Shown piece by piece: positions 11,532 through 22,660 of a stretch of DNA of 64,000 nt. Source of the stretch: Azolla caroliniana (taxonomy: Eukaryota > Plantae > Polypodiophyta); assembly GCA_043228905.1 (NCBI GenBank), contig JBHGNT010000012.1, positions 1,240,001 to 1,304,000 on the forward strand, written 5' to 3'. The position numbers and the translations under genes were made by a program. Position 1 is the stretch's first letter. Every line of letters starts with the position of its first letter. Under the pieces are notes generated by a model, which saw only the letters and a program-made list of their open reading frames with translations, was not told the DNA's origin and did no database searches.

Positions 11532-13792
11532 TTTCTTTACATATATATAAATTTATCATGTGTTGTTAATATTATCTTTATATATAAAACATTATCAAAT
11601 GTTATTTTAGTTACGTATTTATCTTATTGTAGACTTTTAATGTGAAGCTTTCGTACTTCACGACACCGGTGCCTCCCTCACGAGCAATAAAATCTGTGAT
11701 CTCATCAATGTAGATCCCAAAAAGCGTCAGTGATAGGGGACAACCTTGTTTTACACCAATAGTGCTAGTGAAACGATTAGATAGGCCACCTGGGCATCAG
11801 ACACACCTGGACACTTGTTCATATAGTGCGTAGATGGCCCATACCATATCATCTGGTATCCTCAAGCTTTTAAGTCTATCAAGCAACCGCTCTCTAGGGA
11901 CTGTGTCAAAAGCTTTGCGGAAGTCCACAAAACAACAATATAATTTCTTCTTGCGAGCCTTAGTTTGGTCAATTAGGCATCTAAGTGTGAAGATATGATG
12001 AATAGTGCAGAAGGCTCGTCTAAAGCCAACTTGTTCAGGTGCACGAAGGTTTAGGGTCTCCATATAGTCGCTAAGCTCTGCTTCCATTACTGCACCATAT
12101 AACTTAGCAAGGGTATGGCCTATCATAATGGTCCTATATGTATTTGGGTCCATGGGGTCCCCCCCTTTATGTATGGGGGCCACTGTGGTGGAAAACCCTC
12201 CGCAAGGGCACGATTGAAGATTAGAGTTAGCAAGGGAGCTAGGCACTCTCTCGCATATATAATGTGTTCTGCTCGCAATCCTGTGTGGTCCATGGACTTC
12301 CTATGTTGTAATTTCTTTATGACCTTCACGACCCTAGAGGTCGTGAAAAGTGTCCTCGTGGTAGGCCGGGGTGTGGAAGGCATTGGAATGGGCGGTTGGT
12401 TTGGGATTTGGTAAAGTCTGTCTGTATATGTGTACCAAGTTTCAGGATCTTCAATGGGTGTTTGTGGTCTTGGCTACCGTAGTCTCTTCCATGCCGTGGC
12501 GCAATCGCTACTCATGAGCATATGGTAGAGTTCCCAATATTGGGATGCCTCCCACGCTCGTCTCTTACGACGTGTCATCTTGCGCATTTCTTGCGAGCTT
12601 GTATGGAGGTAATACTACCATTGAGTTGCGATACTGTAAGTTGTCTATGTAAGTCCCTACAATCCTCATCATACCATTTATTTTGTGGCATTGATCCTGA
12701 TCTACCTTGATTTGAGTGTTTTGTATATGGGAAACTACTAGCTGTTGCGGAGTGAAGGATGTGTGTGAGTTTCGTACTAAGGCTTTCTAACGGTAGGGAG
12801 GGATCAAGGGAGGGGAGATGGGCTTGAACATGTTGAGAGTATATGTCAGAGAGCTCATGTGTGAAATGTATTGTGGTGTGATGGCATGGTTGACTAAACT
12901 TGGTGACCTTAGAGATATCACATTTTAGCTCGAAGTATAAGAAACTATGGTCTGCGCCAATAGGGCATGGGGCCACTCAGAAGGAGTTAATCATGTGGGT
13001 AGCTTCAGGGCGTCCTATTAGATAATCAACTGTGCTTTCCCCTCCTCCATGTGGGAAACATGTGAGCTCTTCCGAGCCCGACCACTTAGCTAAACCATTA
13101 TATATGACCATCCGGTGCTGACTGCCAAGTTCGAGCAGATGATGGCCAAAGCTCGTGGCGTTCGCACCTTGATCCTTTGATCTACGTGTGGTGCCTATGT
13201 CTAAAGGATCGACATTTACCATTTCTAGGTTTCTATTCATCTGAAATACTGTGCATTGTCGGGATTGGGTTCTCGCATTGAAGTCTCTTACAAGAAATAC
13301 TTCTCCTTGGGAAGAATATCGGATTATGTCATCCGATAGGGGTTCGTATGGAGAAGGCCCATGTGGCATTCCTTCATCAACTAATCTCGCCAAGCCACCA
13401 ATATTATAACGGGATCCTTTTGGGAGAAAGTAACAAATGGCGAAAAATACTGCCTGGTCTTTGCTTGTGGAGACTTTCACCCACATAAAACGAGCTTCTG
13501 GGTCTATCTTCATTATTTCTATCCTATTATGTAGCTCTCTACGAAATAGTATCGCGACACCTCCAGCTCCCCTAGTAGTGTGTCGACGTGAGGTTTGTCT
13601 AAAAGCAGACTCCCAACGGAATTCTTCGACCCGTGGGAGTCCTCTATTTGGGCTCTGATGTGTTTCTACCAAGAAAAGTATATTAGATACCTTTAGTATC
13701 TCCTCTAGGCGGCCGGGGTGTGCCTAGAGTGCGTCGTTACAATTCCATAAGGTCATCCTAAGTGCATTTTCTGTCACATGGGACACACGCCG

Positions 13793-14605
13793 TCAATTAG
13801 TAGTGCGATCATTTATGATCACTCGCCCGTATCGGTAAAAGGCGCGATGGCCTTCTTTACGAGCTTGCATAACTCGTGGCATACAACTCTTGCGATGCTC
13901 AATTTGCATCTTAGTGAGGTCTTCATCGAGATAGATGGGGTCCCCACCCATTCCTCGAAGGATTGGTCTCTTCTTAAAGAAAGTGATTCAAGAGTCTAAG
14001 TCTTTAAATTGAAGGACTAAGGCTCTCTTCCTAGTTGTGTCACGCCCAGCCCTCCATGCTTTGGTGATAGGTAGGGCCTCTGTATACCCTAACATTTTCC
14101 CAAGTGTTTGTGCATCCTCATTTGGGGATGCACCTTCCTTGAGCCCAATGACACGTACATTTAAGCGTCGGGCCTGACGCATTTTCTCTTCTTCAAGGGT
14201 GGTATTAACAATATTTTCATCTTTTATTTCTTTTTTAATGTTTCTTTTAACCACATCTACCCAACCCGTTTTAGCTAACTCTATGTTATTATTAACTTCC
14301 TCTTTAACTTTTTTAATTTCGTCCTTTATATCCTCTATAGAGGATATTTCACCATCTTCTCGAGATACCTCGATGTCCTTAAGTTGTTTTTTAAGGTCGG
14401 TGTTTTCCACTTTAAGTTGTTCTATTTCGGCCTTGAGGGCGTCTTTTTCCTCTCTATCTTTTTTCTTGTGGGTTTCGGCGTCTTTCACCCATTTTTTCAT
14501 ATCCATCTCTATTTTTGTTAAACGATTAAACATATCTAAAAAGTCCTCCTTACTTATAGCCTCGTCTTGTATATCCTTATGTTCCTTAGTTCGTTTAGAC
14601 GTCAT
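13793..14605 (-). pseudogene. LINE ORF1 (coiled coil plus RRM-like), one premature stop at 13988-13990
   Basis: K/E-rich coiled coil and RRLNVRVIGLKE; the frame continues past the TGA into IYLDEDLT. Confidence 0.85.
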
Positions 14606-14969
14606 TGTGGTGTCAATAAGAAAAAAAGGTAAAATAAATGGGTTCGAGACTTAACCGAGTTTGTGTGTATGTCGCAATCACATCGGCATTTTGTAGCACG
14701 CGATGAGCACACCAAAAGAACCCACCCACGAACTCGTCAAGAAAATGGCACTTCACAACGTCAAGAGAAAACAGAGAAGAAACACCCCGCGACGGCAACG
14801 ATGATGGCGGCAGATGACGGTAGCAGACGGTAGCAGACGACGATGGTTGCAGACATCGGTAGTCGTCAAACGACGACAGCAACAGTCGGCAGCAGACAAC
14901 GGCTACAAATGACAACGACGACAATAAACAGCGACAACAACGGCGGAAAGAGCCGTTACACAGAGACTA

Positions 14970-15012
<43 letters not shown>

Positions 15013-15058
15013 CCGTTACACAGAGATGAGGAAGAGAGAGAGAGAGAGAGAGCCCAGA

Positions 15059-15128
15059 TGGATGTAGCTTAGTTGGTAAGGTTGCCCAATGGAGACTAGG
15101 TGGTCATGGGTTCAACCCCTACATTCCA
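15059..15128 (+). other. tRNA-derived SINE-head-like sequence
   Basis: A box TAGCTTAGTTGG, B box GGTTCAACCCC; ends TGGATGTAG / CTACATTCCA can pair. Confidence 0.65.
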
Positions 15129-15184
15129 CATTGGCATCTAGTGAAATAAAGATATATATGAAGTATATAACAGCGAGGTGAGAA

Positions 15185-15248
15185 AATTGGGTTTTGAACC
15201 CAGGACACAGTACTTGTAGTGTTATCGACTTACCACTAGGGTAAGCTA
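15185..15248 (-). other. Second tRNA-like module, convergent with the previous one
   Basis: Minus strand reads TACCCTAGTGGTAAG then GGTTCAAAACCC. Confidence 0.5.
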
Positions 15249-15473
15249 ATTACAATAAAAAGAAGAGAGAGAGAGACTTTTTTATTACTTTTTTTTGTAA
15301 TGCATAAATAGCCGGTTCATAAAATATGAACCGGCTAGATTCTGGTTTTGGGGAAATTCTAGCCGGAATCAATTCCGGCTCTCCCCCACCTTGGCTGGCA
15401 AAAGTCCTCACCCAACTGGAACGTTGACACTGTTCTTGGGACTTTGCCCAACACTGGTCATGGTTGATATCTA

Positions 15474-15847
15474 GGCATCTAATTTGTAGGATGGGAAAAA
15501 ACCCGGTGCTTTTTCTTCTTTACTGTCCCAAAATACCCCTAAGTTTGTTTGTTATTTTGTTGTGATGCCCCCCTTCATCAACCGGGAAGAGGGAGAAAGC
15601 CATGTATGGATCTAATTTTAAGAGGGGAAAAACTTGGTGCTTTTTCTTCTTTACTGTCCCAAAATACCCCTAAGTTTGTTCGTTATTTTGTTGAGATGCC
15701 CTCTTCATTGAATGGGAAAGAGAAAGCCATGGATGGATCTACTTTTTAGGAGTGGAAGAACTTGGTGCTTTTTTCTTTATTGTCCCCAGATACCCCTAAG
15801 TTTGTTTGTTATTTCGTCGCGATGCCCCTCATCATTGAGGCTCCTAA
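15474..15847 (+). repeat. About 130-bp tandem repeat, three units; the third is interrupted by a MITE
   Basis: Repeated GGTGCTTTTTC..ACTGTCCCAAAATACCCCTAAGTTTGTT; the unit resumes after the MITE with AGAGAAAGCCATGGATC. Confidence 0.85.
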
Positions 15848-15990
15848 TAGCAATGGGCACGGTTTCGACTCAAACCGAACCAAACCGTTAAGCCATGGCT
15901 TAACGGGCACGGTTTCGACTCATTGTCCCCAGATACCCCTAAGTTTGTTTGTTATTTCGTCGCGATGCCCCTCATCATTGAGGCTCCTAA

Positions 15991-16362
15991 TAGCAATGGG
16001 CACGGTTTCGACTCAAAGCGAACCAAACCGTTAAGCCATAGCTTAAAGGTTTATTGGTTCAAAGATAAATAAACCATTTGGTTTGGTTTCAAATATTATG
16101 ATCCGGTTTGGTTTTGAATTTTGCGGTTTAGCGGTTTTGGCTTATGTGGTTTGGTTTAAATGTTTAAATGTTTATCGGTTTATAGGTTTGGTTTGGTTTT
16201 TATTTATGATAAACCGATTTGGTTTGGTTCTAAATCGTTCATAAACGGTTTGGTTTAAATGGCTTCATAAAATTTAAATAGTTTGGTTTGGTTTTTAATA
16301 TAAATAAATGGTTTGGTTTGGTTTCAAGGCCAAGAAACCAAACCGAACCGTGCCCATTGCTA
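15991..16362. mobile_element. hAT-superfamily MITE, with a duplicated left-end fragment at 15848-15921
   Basis: TIR TAGCAATGGGCACGGTT / AACCGTGCCCATTGCTA; 8-bp TSD GCTCCTAA at 15983-15990 and 16363-16370; AAACCG/CGGTTT subterminal repeats. Confidence 0.9.
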
Positions 16363-16571
16363 GCTCCTAAAGAGAGAAAGCCATGGATCCACAAGTAAAC
16401 ATGTATACATATATGCATACGTGATGGGTCATGGTAGCGGTAAGTCTTCCTGATGTAATGGTAAAGAACGGAATTTCTTTTTGTTTCCATATCTACTAAT
16501 GGGCCAATTTTGTGTTGTAATGGACCAAATCTTCATGGTCTGGTTTCAAATCTCGCTTTCTTGTTTTGCAG

Positions 16572-17110
16572 ACAGAGTTCATGGTGAAGATGGAGGGTGA
16601 GGAGTGTGTGTCTGCCATTCACGCGAGAAGTTAGATCCTCTAGAAGGTATGCATACCTTTCTTTATCTTGAAGCTATTCTAGATTTTTTTGTTTTTTGTT
16701 TTTTCCATATATCGTCTCTTCTATTGTTGGGAAACTTAATATATGTAGTTACTTCAACTTAATCTTCATCAAGCAAGAATCAACTTACAAGATTAGTGTG
16801 ATCAATCTTCATGGAATGATAATCAAACAAAAGACTTTGAGATTTAAAACGAAGGAGCAGGCTAACTTTTCGCTGAATCCACATGCATGCAAATTGTCCA
16901 AAGTGGTCTCCAGCTTTAATATTGAATTTAGAATTTAAGCTTGATGTAGTGGGCACACAACATAATAAAATAGCAGTGTGATAATCTTGAAGGTTGATTA
17001 TGTATTCATGATCTTCTTCTTTTGGGCATTTGTAACAATCAGGGGTCAAAATAGTTGAGATTGATCCCCCAAATAATGTAGTCAGAGTAGAAGGCACAAC
17101 AAGTTTAATC
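16572..17110 (+). pseudogene. CCS: Copper chaperone for SOD (CCS) HMA-domain fragment, two exons: 16572-16646 and 17043 to about 17110
   Basis: TEFMVKMEGEECVSAI..EKLDPLE|GVKIVEIDPPNNVVRVEG resembles the plant CCS N-domain. AG/GT splice sites present; 2-nt insertion; MxCxxC motif degraded. Confidence 0.7.
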
Positions 17111-17149
17111 AGTAGTTGTTCTAGAGTCGTAGGTCTCCGCAAGTTCACC

Positions 17150-18417
17150 ATGGCTGCTTCCTCGATCTCGGGTATGGAACCGAACCCTAACCTCAATGTC
17201 CTTCACCATAACACTACTAAAAACCTTCTCGTCAAGAAGCTCTCGGCCAACGCCATAATTCCTTCTCAAGGTTCGGCGCTCGCAGCAAGTTACGACATCT
17301 CTAGGTCAATAAAAAAAAGACAAGCTTTCTTTTTTCTCTTCGTTTGTATCTTATTTAAATGTTTTATGTTTAGCTTTCATGACGATCTACTGTTTATTTT
17401 GTTCTTTTAGTTTGTGGAGCATACATAACGCCTTTTTTTGGGAACAGATATTATTTTAGTAAACTCCTAGTTTAAACACAAATCTAGTTTATTATCTAAT
17501 GATGTGCCTAAAGGCTGTAATGTTTTTGGTATTCATTAACCTTCAGTGTATTTCTTAAATCTGTGGAAATCATGCTTAAATCTTCACCATTAATGTGGCT
17601 CAAAGAGATCATTGCACGTGTGTAAATCATTCGTCCACAAGTTAAAACACCAAGAGTTTTGTTTTTTAATCTTAACCTTCATTTTGGTTCTTTTTAATTG
17701 TATTTATTATTATTATTACTGTTGATTGGATCTCCTTAATGCTCATGTATCTTGGCGTGTTTTGTGATCATCCGAAAACAGTGCCTATGATGATGTGGTT
17801 CCAGCTCGGGGCAAAGCTTTGATCAAAACGGACTTGTCAATTGCCATTCCTGAGGGAACTTATGCCATGCTAGGTAAAAAGGAAACTTTACAAGAAACCT
17901 TGAATTTTCAACTTCTGTAACTTACGCGCACACATGTGACTAATACTTACATGCATATGTATGTCATAGACATGTGTTTGCATCCATCTTATATTTGCGT
18001 TTGTTTATCAATAAACATCTAGTAGAGTATTTGAGGGTGTTTGCATTGAAAGCAAAAAAACTACAATGCATCCACAAGCATTTACATTGTTCCTAAGTAT
18101 TCTTTTTTGTAAAAATGCAGACAATGGAAGTGCTCAAATATTAAAGGTAATTGATGGCACCAATTGCATTGTGGTGGCATTTTTTCCAGCTCCTAGGTCA
18201 GGTCTGGCATGGAAGCACTCCATTGATGTAGGGGCCTGACTCCATCTTCAATCACTCGGACCAAGATTTTGCTGTCAAAGCTGGTGACCGTGTAGCACAA
18301 CTCATCCTTGAGAGGATTGTGATGCCTGATGTCATGGAGGTTGAGGATTTAGAGAGCACTATTAGAGGCAGTGGTGGGTTCGGCTCTACAGGCATTGGCG
18401 TACCGTCATCGTCTTAA
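17150..18417 (+). pseudogene. DUT: dUTPase pseudogene, exons 17150-17304, 17782-17873, 18190-18417; motif III deleted
   Basis: VKKLSANA..GSALAASYDISS|AYDDVVPARGKALIKTDLSIAIPEGTY|[16 protein letters not shown] ... [18 protein letters not shown]. The GVIDxDYRG segment is absent. Confidence 0.9.
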
Positions 18418-18751
18418 TACTATTTATTGATTTACTCTGCACCTCAACTGAATTTCGGGAAAATATTGAGCAAGAAAGTACTTGTCCAAATGCTCCAAGT
18501 AACTAGAGTTTATTTGTCCCTCTCGTGGACGATTTCTTTCTTGCAGAAATTGAGTTTTTACTTGTCATGTTTGATACTTTGTTTTAATGATACAATAAAT
18601 TGAGATCACAAATGCTGTGTACGGACGACAAATCATGAAATGTTACCAAATGCAGTGGCGTATATCATATCAACATGAGCTTTGCTACTTTTGATAGCCA
18701 CTTCACACCAATGACTCCCACAATCACTTGATGAAAACATACTTTAATTTA

Positions 18752-18885
18752 ACAGTCGGCAATGGTTCGGTTTGAATTGAACCGAACTGACCGCGACATA
18801 ACGGTTTAAACGGTTCAGGTTAAAGTTTTTTTAAACGGTTCGGTTTTGTTTGGTTTCAACGGTTAGAAACCGTGGTTTAATGGTT
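18752..18885. repeat. AAACCG/CGGTTT-rich fragment, probable end of a hAT-type MITE
   Basis: Same subterminal motifs as 15991-16362; no partner end found. Confidence 0.5.
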
Positions 18886-19099
18886 TTTAATTTTGTTTTT
18901 AAAAAAAATCTTTTCATTTTAAAGCCTAATTCTCACATTTTAGGAAAATCTTTATAATTTTGAAAAATTAAAATTTAAAATAATGTGGTGTTCCTTTGGT
19001 GCAAGTGCATGGCTTCATGTGGTGGTGTACATGTGTTCCTTTGTGCCACCCTTTTAGCACGCCCTTTTAGCATGCATGTAGCTAAACACTAGGCCATTC

Positions 19100-20800
19100 A
19101 AGACTATGAATTGATTGAGTTCTAACCTCTTGCCCCTTGGATGGGTTGTTGAGGCTAGCCTTGATCTTGTTTGCAAATTTATTGGTTATGGTTTTCATGG
19201 TTATCGCATTGAGAAAAGAATCATCCTACAAAATGCAAGTCGCAAATACTTGGAGTTAATGGGGCTTTAATAAGTAGTGTGATTGTTGTGTAAGCATCAT
19301 CCATCTAGAAAGGGCGTTGGCCTTCCTTGTTGAGCCCCAAGTCAAAAAATAAACTCGAAAGTCATAGCCAATAAGAAATTCGACCATCGGGCCTAGCTTC
19401 TATTCAAAGTTCAAGTGGTCACGGTGAAATCGTCTTATGGTTAGTCACCACTTGAATGTAGTGTTGTGCTCTAGCCAAGTAGGGTTGCCATACATCAAAG
19501 GCAAAGACAATAGTGGTGAGCTCGTTATTATAGACCAAATAGATGATTTTTGAGGTCGTGAATTTGTAGAGGTAGTATGTCACTAGGTGTTGTGTTATGA
19601 TGTCATCCAGTTGTGATAGGGGGACCTAGTAGCAAAATCAAAGGTGTTGGCTTTTGACTTGGAACATCTTTGTTGGGTCAAGATGATCGGGGCAAAGACA
19701 AAGGCTTGTTGAAGCACCTCGAAAGCCATTTAGGTAGTTGGGTGCTTATCACATTGGGTGCTTGCGAGATTGTTAACAAATCATCAATGTGGTCTCTGGA
19801 AAGTTTAACAAGAGATTCTTTATATTGCTCTAGATGCTTCGACAAAAATGATCACATGGAGCTTGTTCACCCAAGTTGACATTGACAATGACTTGTTGGA
19901 ACTCTAAAGTATACATAGAGTTGCACATGAACCTTGTTGTAAAAGTAGGGTTCAATGAGTTTCATTCAATGTTGATCTGTCTCCCCAAATGTGGCGTCAA
20001 GATTGTTAAGGAATTTGGGAAATGTTTCTAGAAAAGGTGAGGAGGTCTCGACCAAAGGTGTGAACCAAGCATATGGGTTAATGTTCTGGAGAGGAGGCTC
20101 CCCACAAGACTGGCCTAATTGTAGTCATTACTTTATCAATGGGGATTTAGGTGTCATGATGACACTCACATCATGCCTCGAAGAAGGGGGATAGTGTTCT
20201 CGAAAAGATTTGAACCCACAACCTTGTTATACAAATGTCAAATCCTTAACCATTGTAGTAACATGTTTATGTGTAGAATATATAATCTAATATCGTAAGA
20301 ATATTCTATATTACTTTATATTCTAGAATGTCCTAGAGTGTTCTATATGCTATAACCTTCTTCGAGGCATGATGTGAGTGTCATCATGATAGTAGATCAT
20401 TGATACGAAAACTGTGATTTAGAAACCCTAAACACTCCCCTTGTTCCATTGAATTCATCGAATAGGATAGCCTTAGGCTCTTGAAGCATAGGAATGGAAA
20501 GAGGAACGAAGGAGATTTTGTGATGCTAGTAAATTGGATTCATCATGTTGGTGATTCATGGATGTGACAGGTTGGAGTTCTGACCTGATTCCCAAAGGTT
20601 TTTATTCTCAAGTTGGAGTTATTGTATGATCACTATGATTTGGTTTAGGTTGTTAGTAGTGTCAGACATGATGGTGGCTCTGAAAAGGATGGAACGTGAA
20701 CAAATTGTCACAAACGAGGGATCACGTGAAATGGAGGGGGAAAATATTGTGTGAAAATGACTAAGAGTAAAGAATGAGAGCAAAAGACTTGAACCATAGT
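19100..20800 (-). mobile_element. Highly decayed Ty3/gypsy (Tcn1-like) pol remnant
   Basis: Minus strand near 19535-19300 reads VYNNELTTIVFAFDVWQPYLARAQHYIQVVTNHK..ARWS..YDF..QQGKANALS (gypsy RNase H; indels bridged). Limits approximate. Confidence 0.65.
20152..20391. mobile_element. 240-bp element with 36-bp terminal inverted repeats and an internal tRNA-like module
   Basis: TGTCATGATGACACTCACATCATGCCTCGAAGAAGG matches the reverse complement of 20356-20391 at 35/36 nt. Minus-strand TACTACAATGGTTAAG..GGTTCAAATCT at 20264-20202. No clean TSD. Confidence 0.75.
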
Positions 20801-21129
20801 ATTGACCATATGTACCATACGTGCATTCACATTCATGAATGTTTCAATCATTCGAGTATTATGGTAAACACCATCGAAGAATGGTAAATACCATACTTTT
20901 GGATTAATGATTTATTATGAGGTAAATAAACCTAAAAAAGAGAAAAAACTTTAAAAAAGGGGAAAAAAACACAAGAATGTTTGAATCACATTCACATTCG
21001 TTTTCCAACGTAGGGAAACGAATGTTATGCTAGACGAACACGAATTTTACGTACTATGACTTGAACTATGAATTCTGTAATTGGTGCTCACATTGTAATC
21101 AAAGTTGGAGAGATGTTTATGAAGAAAGG

Positions 21130-21565
21130 ATTAGAGATGTGCATGCTCTAGTGTATTATCGAAAGTTCTAAAGATTTGCATGCTCTAGTAGATTTTAAGA
21201 TATACAAGGACAACCATGGGTTAGTGAATTTTAGAATAAATCATTATAACCAAAGGTGAATAGCCAAGTGGTTAATATGTAGTAGAAAGAAATTATAAAG
21301 ATTTGCATCTACCTGTAGATTTTAGGATATACAAGAACAACCATGGGTTAGTAGATTCTAGAATAAATAATGACAACCAAAGATGAATAGCGAAGTGGTT
21401 AATATGTACTAGAAAGCTCTAGAGATGTGCATGCTCTAGTGTATTCTAGAAAGTTATAAAGATTTGCATGCACTTGCAGATTTTAGGATATAAAAGGACA
21501 ACCATGGTTTACTACATTCTATAATAAATAATCATAACAAAGGTGAATAGCCAAGTGGTTAAGGT
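21130..21565 (+). repeat. Degenerate 120-160-bp tandem repeat, about three units
   Basis: Repeated AAAGATTTGCAT..GATTTTAGGATAT..ACAACCATGG..GAATAGCCAAGTGGTTAA. Confidence 0.8.
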
Positions 21566-22544
21566 TATTCATTGTGTGGGGATTCGGGAATACCCTTAAC
21601 CATTTTGGCCATTTACGTATTTTAGTGTTATTATTATTTTATATATTTTTTGGTTGTTCCCTTTTCCCTTTTTCTACATTTGGATCCACCTCATCAAGAC
21701 ATTGTCATCATCTTCTAGTAAGGTGTGGCCAAACTTCATCTCTTTATCTCAAATTCATGAGTCATGAACTTGTTCACCCCCCCTAGTCTTGGTCATACTT
21801 CAAAAGTTGAGCAAAATGGTGCTGAGATTTGGAAAGAATCACCATCACACTCATGTCCCTATTTTGTCTTGACAGTACCCATTTGTTGAATGCTTAACAA
21901 CTTGCTTTCATGGCCTTCCCAACCCCTAATTCTTCAAGTAATGCCAACGAGACAACGGGAACTTACCTCAATATGAAATAGGAAGCAATAGGATTTGTTT
22001 ACACATGTAAATTGTAATATTGGAGAGAGATGTAGCCAAGCCAATACAACAATGAAAATTTCTATATACTCTCTTTTTTACCTCTTCGGGCTTTTATGCA
22101 TAAAAGGGGCTACTTTGATGGCTCTACCCCTTCTTAAAGTACTTCACTTTTTCTACTTCATTCAACTTTATACATAGGCCCATCAAAGGTTCTTGCAATA
22201 ATTGGTACCCTTATAACCTTTGTCCATAGAAATCTCGAAGGCTAACTTTCCTAATTCTCAAATTGCCTTTTTATTTATAAATCATATTTATATCCTTTAT
22301 TATGCTAAATCATATTTATGAAAATTTTCTCCAATATTACCAGAATTGTATGTCTTTTTTGGGAGGGATAATCGAGCATCCCCAAAGCTTTTATCATCCT
22401 TCTCTTTTTGCACGTCATTATACTTGCATGTTTGAATCGATCTGATCAAAGCTTTTGTTTTTTTATGCACATGCATGATTCATGTCCCAAGTACCCTTTT
22501 TGTGCTCTTGATTTAGGACAAGCAAATAGCCATAAACTGTTTGA

Positions 22545-22660
22545 ACTAGAAATTCCATCTATGATGCAATGACTTTGCAAGCTCCAGCTCATCCATGAGA
22601 TGTACCATCAATTGAGTTTAATGTTCAAAGCGTTGGTTGGGAAATATATGGTCTTCCACC
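22545..22660 (-). pseudogene. CACTA/EnSpm transposase remnant; full extent unknown
   Basis: YFP...LMVHLMDELELAKSLHHRW resembles the TnpD FPPSFF..HLxVHLxxE....GP...RWM motif. Confidence 0.5.

Larger units (their letters stand above)
10579..11665 (-). mobile_element. Solo LTR of the TGTCGTGAAG-type gypsy group, inserted in the LINE RT
   Basis: Termini TGTCGTG...CACGACA; 4-bp TSD CCGG at 10575-10578 and 11666-11669. Removing it restores the RT peptide REGGTGVVLGD. The minus strand starts TGTCGTGAAG like the LTRs at 30653 and 57519. Confidence 0.9.
8969..13780 (-). pseudogene. LINE ORF2: AP endonuclease, reverse transcriptase, C-terminal CCHC finger; disrupted
   Basis: APE: LWNCN, LVETH, GGVAIL, DFNAR, STVDYL, ADH. 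RT: QVGFR, FVDFRKAFDTV, GVKQGCP, LLYADD, YVYLG. C-terminus LRISSHQLEIENGR..RICRLC..EDEYHF..C. Confidence 0.9.
8768..14945 (-). mobile_element. Non-LTR retrotransposon (LINE, RTE-X/CR1-group-like), nearly full length, interrupted by a solo LTR at 10579-11665
   Basis: ORF1 plus ORF2 (APE-RT-CCHC); 3' tail of (TTTC)n at 8770-8786; 5' limit uncertain. Confidence 0.85.

Noticed and set aside
15059-15128. Functional tRNA gene (likewise the units at 11255, 11410, 20202 and 58091)
   Set aside because: A and B boxes are present but no consistent cloverleaf or anticodon stem can be folded.
16780-17196. 138-aa minus-strand ORF as a gene
   Set aside because: It is antisense to the CCS intron/exon and the dUTPase start, with no recognisable domain.
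17150-18417. Retroelement- or virus-encoded dUTPase
   Set aside because: It has spliceosomal introns and a plant-like sequence, and is not inside an LTR element.
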